From the NCBI RefSeq assembly GCF_009914755.1, contig NC_060935.1: DNA of 64,000 nt. One strand, given 5' to 3'. This DNA is from the human T2T-CHM13v2.0 reference genome, Homo sapiens. Below, in pieces: positions 62,591 through 64,000 of this stretch (its first letter is position 1; each line of letters starts with the position of its first letter). Under the pieces are notes generated by a model, which did no database searches, was not told where the DNA came from, and worked only from the letters and a program-made list of their open reading frames with translations. The translations under genes and the position numbers were made by a program.

Positions 62591-63084
62591 GTTATTTACA
62601 CATGGCATATCAATTCAATGACACATCTCTAATCAGCGATCTCATGGATCTCTTCTTTTTTGTACCTTATTCGTGGTCACTTAGACTGATGTTGGAACAT
62701 CTTAAAGGTTCCTAAGATGTTCCTAAGTCCCAGAGTTACGGCAAAGACTTGTTAGTGCTGCAGAAAATCCCTCTCAAGTGGCCACAAGAAAGCTCCCTCC
62801 CTGTTTTACCTCAGTTAATTTCCTGGTATTCCACCAGGCTATCTTTTAAACCAGGCCATCCTAAACAAATTCAGATGGGTAAAAATTCATTTAGCCATTT
62901 TACAATGATGTCACCAGTGGGTAAGTGTAAGCAATAATATTTTTGTGCAGACAGACATCAGAATTAATTTCTTAATATAGTTTGAATAATCATATAAATT
63001 CCTCTTAAGTTATCAAAGATTCTTACCTAGAGATACTTCGACTAATACACTCAATTTTAATTTTACTTTTACTTTTAAAATTTA

Positions 63085-64000
<916 letters not shown>

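Overview
AT-rich, CpG-poor primate (most likely human) intergenic or deep-intronic DNA made up largely of interspersed repeats. I recognise no host protein-coding gene, tRNA, rRNA or CRISPR array, and every long ORF in the track comes from LINE-1. Main content: (1) a full-length but inactivated young L1 (L1PA2/L1PA3-type, minus strand, ~44881-50934) inside a Tigger3-type DNA transposon. It has an intact antisense ORF0 and an unusual boundary with two nested target-site duplications (TSDs) and two poly(A) tails around a 36-nt AluY fragment. (2) Several 5'-inverted (twin-primed) L1s. (3) A complete HERV-W solo LTR17 with a 4-bp TSD, plus MER50, MSTA and MLT1 LTRs. (4) An LTR8-type ERV 3' end that looks like an L1-made processed retrocopy (env tail + PPT + U3-R + A-tail + TSD). 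(5) An isolated HERV-I-like env fragment. (6) About ten Alus plus MIR, L2 and hAT remnants. (7) A near-perfect RFX X-box in unique sequence. I find no convincing wholly new biological system; the best leads are retrotransposition-mechanism oddities. Subfamily names come from recalled consensus sequences and need RepeatMasker/Dfam confirmation.
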